A stretch of DNA of 64,000 nucleotides from assembly GCA_028702695.1 (NCBI GenBank), contig JAQVOH010000002.1:45560-109559 (forward strand). The letters are read 5' to 3'. The notes below the pieces were generated by a model. That model was not told the DNA's origin. It did not search any database and saw only the letters and a program-made list of their open reading frames with translations. The position numbers were made by a program, and so were the translations under genes. Shown one piece after another: positions 25,782 through 34,508 of the stretch; position 1 is the stretch's first letter, and each line of letters opens with the position of its first letter. This DNA comes from Desulfotomaculaceae bacterium (GTDB lineage Bacteria > Bacillota > Desulfotomaculia > Desulfotomaculales > Pelotomaculaceae).

Positions 25782-27338
25782 TTACCCATGGCGGCAAGGT
25801 CCCTCCAGACCAAGCAGGCTATAAATCTTTTCCATAGCCAGACTGCTCCGGACAACAGCTGCCAGTTTGTCAAAATCTCTCTCCCTCTGTTCATGCACCG
25901 GAAGGGTATCGGAGGCCGACAGTGGTTCAAGTCCTTTTCTTTTGCGTAGGGTGTTAATCAGGCACCTGCGGAAGGAATCACTGTCAAAGATACCGTGAAT
26001 GTAAGTACCGAAAGCCAGACCGTCCCTGCTGACAGCGCCGTCCGGGAAGAAAACTTTTTCTCCCGAGCGTGCCCGGATGGTAAAGGCAGGCTTTACGTCG
26101 GGGGCCAGTTCGGTCCTGCCCATGTGAATCTCGTAACCGGTAATCTTGCTGTCTGAAGCTTCACAAAGAAAAAGCCCGGGACCGGCAACTTCAGCCTCCA
26201 CCTGGGTAGTAATTTTTTCTGGCGCAAAAGTGGTTGAAGTGTCCAGTAGCCCAAGCCCGTCTATGCGTGGAATATCCGATTCGGTATGCAACGGGTCATT
26301 AAGTTCCCTGCCCAGCATCTGGAAACCACCACAGATACCTATTACAGGGGTTCCCGTATGGTAATGCTCAACGATCTGGGCCGCTAATCCTGAGCGGTTA
26401 AGGTATGCCAGATCGCCAATGGTATTTTTACTACCCGGCAGGACGATTAAATCCGGTTCACCAAGACTGCTTCCCCTGCTTACGTACCGGAGCCTTACGT
26501 CGGGCTCGTCCTCCAGTGGGTCAATGTCTGTAAAATTGGAGATGTGAGGCAGATTTATAACCGCTATATCCACCGAGCCATGTTCATCGACCAGTTCGGC
26601 GCGGCTTCTGTCCTCGGGTATGGTATCCTCTTCCTGGACCCTGAACCCCTGAAAATAAGGGACTATCCCAATGACCGGTTTACCGGTTTTCTCTTCCAGA
26701 AATTCCACCGCGGGTTGAAAGAGTTTGATGTCGCCACGGAACTTGTTGATAATAATCCCGGCCACCCGTGCACGATCGTCGTGAGCTATCAGTTCCAGGG
26801 TGCCAACCACTGACGCTAGGGCGCCACCTTTATCAATATCTGCTACGAGTAAAACCGGGGCGTCCGCCATTCTGGCGATACGCATGTTAACAATTTCATG
26901 CTCTTGCAGATTAACCTCAGCTGGACTGCCGGCGCCTTCAATCACCACCAGGTCATTGGCCGCCTGTAGCCGGTTCAAAGCTCCTTCAATTATGGGCAGA
27001 GCCTTGAGAGCGTAATCCGTATGGTAATACATGGCGGATAGGTTACCAACCGGCCTGCCTAGTAGAACCACCTGTGACGATGCATGTCCGGTAGGTTTGA
27101 GCAGAATTGGGTTCATATCGACGGAAGGTTCCAGACCGGCAGCCTCGGCCTGCACAACCTGAGCACGCCCCATTTCACCACCGTCTTTAGTGACAAAGGA
27201 GTTTAGGGCCATGTTTTGTGACTTAAAGGGGGCTACACTGTAACCGTCTTGTAAAAAAATTCGGCATAGGGCTGCGACCAGAACGCTCTTTCCTACGTGG
27301 GAAGCCGTTCCCTGAATCATGATTGTCTTTGCAGACAT
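25782..27338 (-). CDS. cobQ: cobyric acid synthase
   Basis: 518 aa: IMIQGTASHVGKSVLVAALCRI...GAGSPAE...GICGGFQMLG, a GATase domain. Confidence 0.95.
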   Translation of the reverse strand: MSAKTIMIQGTASHVGKSVLVAALCRIFLQDGYSVAPFKSQNMALNSFVTKDGGEMGRAQVVQAEAAGLEPSVDMNPILLKPTGHASSQVVLLGRPVGNLSAMYYHTDYALKALPIIEGALNRLQAANDLVVIEGAGSPAEVNLQEHEIVNMRIARMADAPVLLVADIDKGGALASVVGTLELIAHDDRARVAGIIINKFRGDIKLFQPAVEFLEEKTGKPVIGIVPYFQGFRVQEEDTIPEDRSRAELVDEHGSVDIAVINLPHISNFTDIDPLEDEPDVRLRYVSRGSSLGEPDLIVLPGSKNTIGDLAYLNRSGLAAQIVEHYHTGTPVIGICGGFQMLGRELNDPLHTESDIPRIDGLGLLDTSTTFAPEKITTQVEAEVAGPGLFLCEASDSKITGYEIHMGRTELAPDVKPAFTIRARSGEKVFFPDGAVSRDGLAFGTYIHGIFDSDSFRRCLINTLRKRKGLEPLSASDTLPVHEQRERDFDKLAAVVRSSLAMEKIYSLLGLEGPCRHG

Positions 27339-27340
27339 AA

Positions 27341-27922
27341 CTAATCACCCCATTTTTGACCTGCCAACGACTTAATCTCCAGGGGCAGACCAGCTATTGT
27401 TAAGTAGACCTGGTCTGCCTTTGAGGCAAGGGTCTGATTTACCTTTCCGGCCAGATCCCGGAACTCCCTGCCAATAGGATATTCCGGCACCAGACCCAGC
27501 CCGACTTCACTTGAAACGACAATTAGGTGTTGACCCTGGCAGATCGTTTCGGCTACAGCTGTAGCCTGTTCCAGAATATAGTCCTTTTTTTCAGCAGTTG
27601 TTGCCCCGCAGCGTGGAAGGTTCTCTTCCAAAAGAAGATTGGTAAGCCACAGGGTGACGCAGTCTAGAAGATATACATCACCCCTCTGCCCCCGCTTCAG
27701 AACCTCGAGAATATTCGTTGGTTCCTCAACCGTGAGCCAGGATGCAGGCCTTCTACCCTGGTGTAGCGTTACCCTTTCAGCCATTTCAAGATCTTGTACT
27801 GTGGCAGTGGCAATATATTTAACAGGCCCTCCGAGTTGTGAAGCTATCTTCTCGGCCAGCTCACTTTTACCACTGCGGGCTCCCCCCAATACCAGAATAA
27901 GTTTTCCTTTCATAATCACCAA
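27341..27922 (-). CDS. cobU: adenosylcobinamide kinase / adenosylcobinamide-phosphate guanylyltransferase
   Basis: LILVLGGARSGKSELAE P-loop; 193 aa; first gene after the B12 riboswitch. Confidence 0.9.
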   Translation of the reverse strand: MVIMKGKLILVLGGARSGKSELAEKIASQLGGPVKYIATATVQDLEMAERVTLHQGRRPASWLTVEEPTNILEVLKRGQRGDVYLLDCVTLWLTNLLLEENLPRCGATTAEKKDYILEQATAVAETICQGQHLIVVSSEVGLGLVPEYPIGREFRDLAGKVNQTLASKADQVYLTIAGLPLEIKSLAGQKWGD

Positions 27923-28084
27923 CCACTCAATAATTTTATAACAAATCCACCTATGCGACCTGTGGTCTTACAACTCGTCTCAATATAAAAGGTCTTCTCT
28001 TATTCGCCCTCCGGCGAGTGACTTGCTCGGCGCCTCGCGCCTCAAACCATTCCTTAACTTATCTGTATAATTTCACAACAATTA

Positions 28085-28336
28085 GAAAACCCCGCCTCCT
28101 TAAAGGAACGGGGTTTGGGTAAAGCAATGTTACCCGCCGTACCCTTTACCTCGAAGGAGTTCGGTCGTTACCCGCAGGCAGGTATCCTGGCTTCCGTTTA
28201 CCCACATTTACTTCCCCTTAGGCCCGGCTGGGCATGAAAGCGCTGTGCGGGTAACCGGTTACAGTGGCGGGACCGCTCAGGTATCGCACCTGATTCCCCA
28301 ATTACACCCCATAAGGGCACCTGCGGTAATTAATTT
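28085..28336 (-). promoter_or_regulatory. cobalamin (AdoCbl) riboswitch with terminator expression platform
   Basis: Minus strand: GGUGCCC..AAUUGGGGAAUCAGGUGCGAUACCUGAGCGGUCCCGCCACUGUAACCGG ... GAAGCCAGGAUACCUGCCUGC (B12 box), then AACCCCG...CGGGGUUUUC terminator. Confidence 0.85.
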
Positions 28337-28359
28337 TCATATTCCACATCAATATGCCA

Positions 28360-28803
28360 TTATCCTGCAGTGCAAGAATTATTTATCATATCTTTCACCT
28401 TTTTAACCAATTCTTCGATCAGGTGCGGTAATGGTTCAGCCTTTAAACCTACGATATCAATGCCGTAGCGAGTGAGCGGCAGAAGCACCTTGCGGGCGGA
28501 ACTGGAAGCAATAGCTTCCGCCATTTTGGGAGTCAACTCACCCAGCATGGAATTTGGAAAGAGAATGCTGACTGGCCCGACAATTATGTCAACCCGTGGA
28601 GAATTGTAAAGTACGGCACTTTCACCCGTTGCTCCTTCGTTGGCGCCTGCCCGTAGCATAACGGAAGTGGCCAGAGCATTAGTTCCAAGGGCCAGAAATT
28701 CAATATTTTCAGGTAATTCCCGGCGCAGTCTTTCAGTCAGATGTTTGCCTATACCTCCACCTTGCCCGTCAACTACTGCTATTCGCACCAAAACCGCCGC
28801 CAT
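28360..28803 (-). CDS. DUF3842-family protein (function unknown)
   Basis: 147 aa: RIAVVDGQGGGIGKHLTERLRREL...LALGTNALATSVMLRAGANEGATGE. Family assignment is from memory. Confidence 0.65.
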   Translation of the reverse strand: MAAVLVRIAVVDGQGGGIGKHLTERLRRELPENIEFLALGTNALATSVMLRAGANEGATGESAVLYNSPRVDIIVGPVSILFPNSMLGELTPKMAEAIASSSARKVLLPLTRYGIDIVGLKAEPLPHLIEELVKKVKDMINNSCTAG

Positions 28804-28842
28804 TCAAATATTGTAATATATTGCATTATACCATATTCGACC

Positions 28843-28866
28843 AAAAAAAAGACCCCCTGGGGTCTA
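28843..28866 (-). terminator. Rho-independent terminator after the coiled-coil gene
   Basis: Minus strand: AGACCCC-AG-GGGGTCT followed by TTTTTTTT. Confidence 0.7.
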
Positions 28867-28954
28867 TTGCTTGTCGAGCCAACCTTTATTAAGTCGTATT
28901 ATGCCAATACTAACAATTATTGCCATCCTGTGTATAATTCTGTGGATAGATTAT

Positions 28955-29230
28955 TTAATTGTGAAAATTTTGAGAGGTATCATCTTGAAGTTTTAACTCC
29001 AACTCCACTATCTGCCTATTCTTGCGTAATAATCGTTGGGCATAGCGATAATTATTTTGTTGTAGTTTACGATTTTCCCTTTCCAGGCGGGTCAAAAATC
29101 CCGTTTTATCCTTTTCGATTTTTTCAATCAGGTTCATGAGCACTCTTCGGCTTAATCTGAGCTGTTCAACTTTTTCCTCAAGCTCAAGGACCCTATCCCT
29201 GAGAAACTCAACATCCTTCCTTTCTTTCAC
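28955..29230 (-). CDS. hypothetical 91-aa coiled-coil protein
   Basis: GTG start 8 nt after GAGGAG. Heptad-rich LRDRVLELEEKVEQLRLSRRVLMNLIEKIEK. Confidence 0.55.
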   Translation of the reverse strand: MKERKDVEFLRDRVLELEEKVEQLRLSRRVLMNLIEKIEKDKTGFLTRLERENRKLQQNNYRYAQRLLRKNRQIVELELKLQDDTSQNFHN

Positions 29231-29325
29231 GGCGGCATCTCCTCAACAGGTGTCTCGATCCTAGTATATGCCGGCCTGAAGGCGAATAGACATTTGGAGT
29301 AGGTTTCTCAATTAAGTGATTACTA

Positions 29326-29428
29326 AGTGAACTCGTCCAGCTAAAGCTGGAGATCGAGACTACAGTGGGGGACTCTACCTCAAACGGAACTCCCACTTAT
29401 AGAAATGGGAGTCTTAGAATTAGATAAA
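29326..29428 (+). repeat. copy B of the ~100-nt hairpin repeat
   Basis: See copy A. Its last 9 nt overlap the final codons and stop codon of the aminotransferase on the opposite strand. Confidence 0.85.
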
Positions 29429-30586
29429 ATTAAAACTTTTACCAATCCGCTGCACTACTTCGGCCAGCAGGACTTCATCTTTTACTAGGGCAATCCTGAC
29501 GTATCCTTCTCCCATGTCTCCGAAAGCAGTGCCGGGGATAACGATTACGCCGGCTTTTTCCAGCAGATCGGCGGCAAAAACGCTAGAGGAAGTATAGCCG
29601 CGAGGAATTGGTGCCCATAAAAACATGGAAGCATTGGGCTTAGGCATACGCCAACCCAACTTAACCAGGCCGTCAACAAGTACATCCCGACGCAACTGGT
29701 AGGCACGTGCATTTTCTTTAACGCATTTTTGTGGACCGGTCAGGGCTGCTACAGCCGCTTCCTGGATAGCAAAAAATACCCCATAATCAATATTAGATTT
29801 GAGTAGGGCTAGGTTGGATATTGCCTCTTGGTTGCCAGCTGCAAAGCCAACCCGGCAACCTGCCATATTGTAGGTTTTAGAAAGTGAGTAGAACTCAATT
29901 CCCACTTCTTTTGCGCCAGGGACTTCCAAAAAGCTCATCGGTTTAAAACCGTCGTAAGCCAATTCGGCATAAGCGACGTCATGGCAGACGAGGATGTCGT
30001 ACTTGCGTGCGAATTCTACCACTCGTGCAAAAAAATCCCAATCTGCTGAAACAGCTACCGGGTTATTGGGGTAATTGAGCCACATTAGCTTGGACTTGGC
30101 AGCTATTTCCTCTGGGATTTGTGAGAGATCGGGTAAGAACCGGTTTTTTTCCAGCAAGGGCAGGGGATATATCTCTCCCTGTGCCATTTGAATGCTGAAG
30201 CTGTAAATCGGGTATCCCGGATCTGGAACTAGGGCCACATCTCCCGGATCTACATAAGCCATGGCCAGATGGGCTAGCCCGTCCTGGGAACCCATCAGAG
30301 ACAGAACCTCATGAACAGGGTCGAGTTCAACATTAAAGCGGTTCTTATACCAGCGGACTAACGCCTCATGTAATCGTGCCGTTCCTCCCAGGGAATAAGA
30401 ATAATTCTTTGGGTCACTGACAGCTTTGCGGAGTGCTTCTATGATATGGGGAGCAGGAGGTAGATCGGGACTTCCCACTCCAAGGTTGATAACCTCCATG
30501 CCCCTGGCTTCAACAGCTTTTTTGCGGGCTTCCATCTCATTAAAAACGCCTGAAGAAAGGCTGTCCATTCTCCTGGCCTTGTTCAT
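29420..30586 (-). CDS. class I/II PLP aminotransferase (LL-diaminopimelate aminotransferase-like)
   Basis: MNKARRMDSLSSGVFNEM...INLGVGSPDLPPAPHIIEAL...YSLSKTYNMAGCRVG. Start moved to ATG 30586 (GGGAGG RBS). The specific substrate cannot be determined from sequence by eye. Confidence 0.8.
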   Translation of the reverse strand: MNKARRMDSLSSGVFNEMEARKKAVEARGMEVINLGVGSPDLPPAPHIIEALRKAVSDPKNYSYSLGGTARLHEALVRWYKNRFNVELDPVHEVLSLMGSQDGLAHLAMAYVDPGDVALVPDPGYPIYSFSIQMAQGEIYPLPLLEKNRFLPDLSQIPEEIAAKSKLMWLNYPNNPVAVSADWDFFARVVEFARKYDILVCHDVAYAELAYDGFKPMSFLEVPGAKEVGIEFYSLSKTYNMAGCRVGFAAGNQEAISNLALLKSNIDYGVFFAIQEAAVAALTGPQKCVKENARAYQLRRDVLVDGLVKLGWRMPKPNASMFLWAPIPRGYTSSSVFAADLLEKAGVIVIPGTAFGDMGEGYVRIALVKDEVLLAEVVQRIGKSFNFI

Positions 30587-30603
30587 AACTATTACCTCCC
30601 GAA

Positions 30604-31431
30604 TCAAAGAGCATCTAAAAGCTTTTTTTCTTTTAAATCCTCAATTACTTTGTAAGAAACGGTAACTAAACCCAGCCTACTCCCAGCAAGGCGCCCGGAA
30701 CCATGGTAGTCCGAGCCTCCCGTGGCAATTAACCCCTTTTCTTTGGCCAGTCGCTCATAATAACTGGTCAACTCCCTGTTGTGACCCGGATGACGGGCTT
30801 CCAGACCGACAATTCCTGCTATAATAAGCTCTTTCAGCGGCACCTGCAAGCTGTGCAGACCAGGGTGGGCCAGGACTGCGACCCCCCCGCAAGCACGGAT
30901 CATACTGACCGCCTCTCCCGGAGTAAGTTTGGAGCGGGGTACGTAAGCCGGTTGTCCGTGTCCTATATAAAGGTCAAAAGCCTCTGCTATCGTCTTAACC
31001 ATACCTGTCTCCACCATGGCAGAGGCTAAGTGTGGTCGTCCCATAGAGCCTTCGCCAGAAATAGCCTTGATCCGGTCCATGTCTATCATAAAGCCAAAAT
31101 CATGCAGCTTTTTTACCATATTTTCCATGCGTAGCTCTCGCTCACTGCGTAAAGACGAAAGCCTTGCCAGGAACTCCCGGTCTTGTACATTAACCAGGTA
31201 GCCTAAAATATGAACTTCCTGACCGTGATACTCCGAACCAAGTTCAACACCAGGTATTATTTCAAAGTTATGCCGTCTGCCGGCAGCTATAGCCGGCTCA
31301 ATTCCTTCTATAGTGTCATGATCTGTAATGGCTACAGCACCCAGTCCCATTGCTTTAGACCTGGCTACGATTTCACCCGGGTTGTCTGTGCCGTCAGAAT
31401 AAATTGTATGGACATGTAGGTCAACCTCCAC
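30604..31431 (-). CDS. PHP-domain metal-dependent phosphoesterase (TrpH/YciV-like)
   Basis: VDLHVHTIYSDGT...AITDHDT...AHPG...GGSDYHG. Confidence 0.8.
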   Translation of the reverse strand: MEVDLHVHTIYSDGTDNPGEIVARSKAMGLGAVAITDHDTIEGIEPAIAAGRRHNFEIIPGVELGSEYHGQEVHILGYLVNVQDREFLARLSSLRSERELRMENMVKKLHDFGFMIDMDRIKAISGEGSMGRPHLASAMVETGMVKTIAEAFDLYIGHGQPAYVPRSKLTPGEAVSMIRACGGVAVLAHPGLHSLQVPLKELIIAGIVGLEARHPGHNRELTSYYERLAKEKGLIATGGSDYHGSGRLAGSRLGLVTVSYKVIEDLKEKKLLDAL

Positions 31432-31467
31432 AATACATCACCGTTCCTTATGAAACTTCGACATTAT

Positions 31468-32448
31468 TTACTTTAAAACCTGCCCAATTACTCTTAAAAA
31501 ATTTCCTCCAATTATTTTTTCAACTTCTCCGTCACGGTATCCTCTATCGATTAAATGGCCGGTTATAGTAGGCCAAAGAGAACAATCCTCCAGTCCCAAC
31601 GCCAGCTTTTCTGTGCCGTCAAAGTCCGAACCCAGTCCCACGCAGTCAACACCTCCAACAGCTACGGCGTGGTCAATATGGTTGAGGACCTCTTTTAGAG
31701 AAGGTTTTTCACCACCTAAAAAGTCAGGAACAAAGGTTATTCCCATCACTCCGCCATTTTCAGCAAGTGCTCTGATTTGTTCATCACTCAGGTTACGGGG
31801 GTGGTTACAGAGGGCTTTGCAATTGGAATGAGATGCTATAACCGGCTGCCTGGAATATTGCAAAACATCCCAGTAACCTTCTTCCGACAGATGGGAAACA
31901 TCTATCAAAGCTCCCAGACGGTTTAGCTCTTCTACCACGGTTAAGCCAAAAGTAGTTAAGCCATTGATTTCCCTTGCTTTAACACCGTTTCCCAGTTCAT
32001 TGCGGTTATTCCAGGTTAGTGTAAGGCCACGTACACCCAGTGTGTATAGTTGACGCAGGACCCCGGTACTGCCTTCCAGACATTCACCACCCTCTACGGT
32101 GAGCAGAGCGGCAACTTTACCGGTATGGCAGGCTTGGTATATATCGTCCAGATTTTTAACGTGATGAACATCTTTAGGGTTTTCAGCTATCTCTAATAGA
32201 AAATTATCAATCAGTTCCAGTACCCGCTTCAGGGGAGCATATTTGAATTCCGGAGATATAAAAGCGGCAAAGAACTGCACTTTCACGCCTCCCATCTTTA
32301 AGCGAGGCAGGTCAAGATGGCCGTGGCCTGCTAATTGGCCAAGGCGCCTATTTTGCTCCAATAGCACGGTCAAGGTGTCGCAGTGAGCGTCTACCACCAC
32401 ACTCTGCCTGTGCAGTTCTGCTGCTCTGTTATTAAGCAGATAGGCCAA
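31468..32448 (-). CDS. membrane dipeptidase (peptidase M19 family)
   Basis: VVDAHCDT...TLTWNNRNELG...DVSHLS...ASHSN...GLGSDFDG. Confidence 0.85.
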   Translation of the reverse strand: MAYLLNNRAAELHRQSVVVDAHCDTLTVLLEQNRRLGQLAGHGHLDLPRLKMGGVKVQFFAAFISPEFKYAPLKRVLELIDNFLLEIAENPKDVHHVKNLDDIYQACHTGKVAALLTVEGGECLEGSTGVLRQLYTLGVRGLTLTWNNRNELGNGVKAREINGLTTFGLTVVEELNRLGALIDVSHLSEEGYWDVLQYSRQPVIASHSNCKALCNHPRNLSDEQIRALAENGGVMGITFVPDFLGGEKPSLKEVLNHIDHAVAVGGVDCVGLGSDFDGTEKLALGLEDCSLWPTITGHLIDRGYRDGEVEKIIGGNFLRVIGQVLK

Positions 32449-32473
32449 GAGTTATCTCCCCCCAAATATAACA

Positions 32474-32506
32474 ATAAAACCTGTTTATCCTTTTGAATAA
32501 ACAGGC
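32474..32506 (-). terminator. Rho-independent terminator after spoVS
   Basis: Minus strand: CCTGTTTAT...ATAAACAGG followed by TTTTATTGTT. Confidence 0.65.
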
Positions 32507-32536
32507 TCTAGTTAGCTGGCAGGTGAATACATACGC

Positions 32537-32797
32537 TTACCTAGGTTCCACGATCAGCTTAATTGCAGTTCTTTCTTCCCCGTCAATGATGATATCAGTG
32601 AATGCCGGAATACAGATTAGGTCAACACCACTTGGCGCCACAAAGCCTCTTGCAATCGCTACAGCTTTTACTGCTTGATTAAGTGCACCTGCTCCAATGG
32701 CTTGCATTTCGGCGCAACCCCGTTCCCGGAGTACACCTGCCAGGGCACCAGCGACAGAGTTTGGGTTGGATTTTGCTGAAACCTTTAATACATCCAC
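32537..32797 (-). CDS. spoVS: stage V sporulation protein S
   Basis: 86 aa, nearly identical to B. subtilis SpoVS as recalled: LKVSAKSNPNSVAGALAGVLRERG...GFVAPSGVDLICIPAFTDI.IDGEERTAIKLIVEPR. Confidence 0.95.
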   Translation of the reverse strand: MDVLKVSAKSNPNSVAGALAGVLRERGCAEMQAIGAGALNQAVKAVAIARGFVAPSGVDLICIPAFTDIIIDGEERTAIKLIVEPR

Positions 32798-32931
32798 TCA
32801 AGCAACCTCCTTCATGACCGTGATAGATTTATTATCCCGAGCTCTCTGTAAGAAATTATATTCGCTAATGGCTATATAATTCCTTTTGAGAAGGCGTAAA
32901 TAAAACTTGTCGCTTAAATATTGATAACTTG

Positions 32932-33732
32932 TTATTCGTAATTTTGGATCCGTACGATAGAAGAAGCCTCACCAGTATCTTCATCAATTTCCAGCAAGGC
33001 TGCGTTAAACTGATAAGGACCGTTTGCTACTTCAAAGCGTTGAGGCATTTGGGAAATGAATTTCTCAATAACAATTTCCTTTTTCACACCAATTACTGAA
33101 TCTCGAGGACCGGTCATACCCAAATCGGTAAGGTAGGCTGTGCCGCCCGGTAAAATGCGTTCGTCAGCGGTCTGAATGTGGGTATGTGTGCCCACGACAG
33201 CAGATACTCTGCCCGCCAGATGCCACCCCATGGCTACCTTCTCCGAGGTGGCCTCAGCATGGAAATCAACTACCACAATGTTCGTGTTTTTCTTTATTCT
33301 GATTAAAGCTTCATCCGCTTTGCGGAAAGGGCAGTCAATAGCTTGAAGGAAAACCCGCCCGGCCAAGTTTATCACACCAACCTTAACCTTCCGGCGGGTT
33401 TCGAAAATATTAAATCCGGCACCCGGGGTACCAGGCGGGTAGTTTGCCGGCCTAACGATTCTTTTCTCACGATCAATGTAATCAATGGCATCTTTAACAT
33501 TCCAGACATGGTTACCCATGGTAAGAACATCTACCCCAGATGAAAACAGCTCCTGAGCAGTCTCCCTGGTAATACCAGCGCCGCCAGCGGCATTCTCCCC
33601 GTTAGCTATAACTAAATCAAGGTTAAATTCCCTTTTCAGGTCTTCCAGGTTCACTTTAACAGCCCGGCGTCCCACACGCCCGACCACATCTCCTATCATC
33701 AGCAGGCGCAAAAGCCTAAAACCCCCAATCAT
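32932..33732 (-). CDS. ymdB: YmdB-type metallophosphoesterase (2',3'-cyclic-nucleotide phosphodiesterase)
   Basis: LLMIGDVVGRVGRRAV...IANGENAAGGAGIT...GNHVW...VDFHAEATSEK...GTHTHIQTADE. Confidence 0.9.
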   Translation of the reverse strand: MIGGFRLLRLLMIGDVVGRVGRRAVKVNLEDLKREFNLDLVIANGENAAGGAGITRETAQELFSSGVDVLTMGNHVWNVKDAIDYIDREKRIVRPANYPPGTPGAGFNIFETRRKVKVGVINLAGRVFLQAIDCPFRKADEALIRIKKNTNIVVVDFHAEATSEKVAMGWHLAGRVSAVVGTHTHIQTADERILPGGTAYLTDLGMTGPRDSVIGVKKEIVIEKFISQMPQRFEVANGPYQFNAALLEIDEDTGEASSIVRIQNYE

Positions 33733-34331
33733 TTATTAAAAACAAGTACCCTGCCTTCCTCACGGAAGGCAAAAAGAGACTTTTCCTGTGTCGAGCACTT
33801 GATATTCTCAAGCATGTGTTCGATTAATTCCTCCTGGGCAATTAAATCTTCTTCAACAAACTGTTCGTTTTCTTCTGTCACAAGGTTGGTATGGAGGTAC
33901 TGGTGAAAGAGATCCACGATGAGAGTGATTTCTTCCTGAACAAGGGTATCTACATCCCTCTGTATTTCGATCATCGTCAAGTTGCTGCAAACCTGGTGGT
34001 TCAAAGATACAAATTTAGGTTCCTTGCCTTCCAATAAATTGTAAACTTCAATACTGTCCATAAGCTTATCATGCAGGTTGTCTAGTTCATTTTTACCAAG
34101 CGCCTGCGAGTATATAAAGGTAAATTTAAGCAAATGGTTTTCAGGGTCGAAATCAATGGTAGCTACTTCTGGATATCTGACTAAAATTGAAATCAACAGG
34201 CCAACGCTATCTGTCACATTACCCCTGTTGCCTTTGTACCGGAATGCCAAATCTGTCACCTTCCTTAAGACCTGCTGAATAAGTAAAGATTCTGTTTTAA
34301 ATAGAGTTCTCCTGCTTTTATTTCTTGTCAA
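33729..34331 (-). CDS. hypothetical ~175-200-aa acidic protein, translationally coupled to ymdB
   Basis: Its stop overlaps the ymdB start (ATGA). The start is uncertain: TTG 34331 has no SD, while TTG 34250 follows AAGGAAGGTGA. No family recognised. Confidence 0.55.
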   Translation of the reverse strand: MTRNKSRRTLFKTESLLIQQVLRKVTDLAFRYKGNRGNVTDSVGLLISILVRYPEVATIDFDPENHLLKFTFIYSQALGKNELDNLHDKLMDSIEVYNLLEGKEPKFVSLNHQVCSNLTMIEIQRDVDTLVQEEITLIVDLFHQYLHTNLVTEENEQFVEEDLIAQEELIEHMLENIKCSTQEKSLFAFREEGRVLVFNK

Positions 34332-34427
34332 TTACTTAAAATATCTAGGAATGTTGGATAAATAAACACACCTAGTTAACGTAAGCTAGGTCGCTTTATA
34401 GTTTTAAGAATTATAATTACTGACAAC

Positions 34428-34453
34428 AAAAAAAACCGGCCTTTTAGGCCGTT
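34428..34453 (-). terminator. Rho-independent terminator after rny
   Basis: Minus strand: CGGCC-TAAAA-GGCCG followed by TTTTTTTT (short GC stem). Confidence 0.6.
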
Positions 34454-34508
34454 ATTTACAAAATTCAGTAAAACTCACTGAACTACAGGTTCTTAGTTTG
34501 GCTTAAAG

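Noticed and set aside
10757-29428. The two repeat copies as attL/attR of an 18.6-kb integrated island.
   Set aside because: There is no integrase, excisionase or mobility gene between them. The interval contains core functions (cob operon, cysteine desulfurase). The repeats are ~11% diverged with an indel, unlike recent att duplications.
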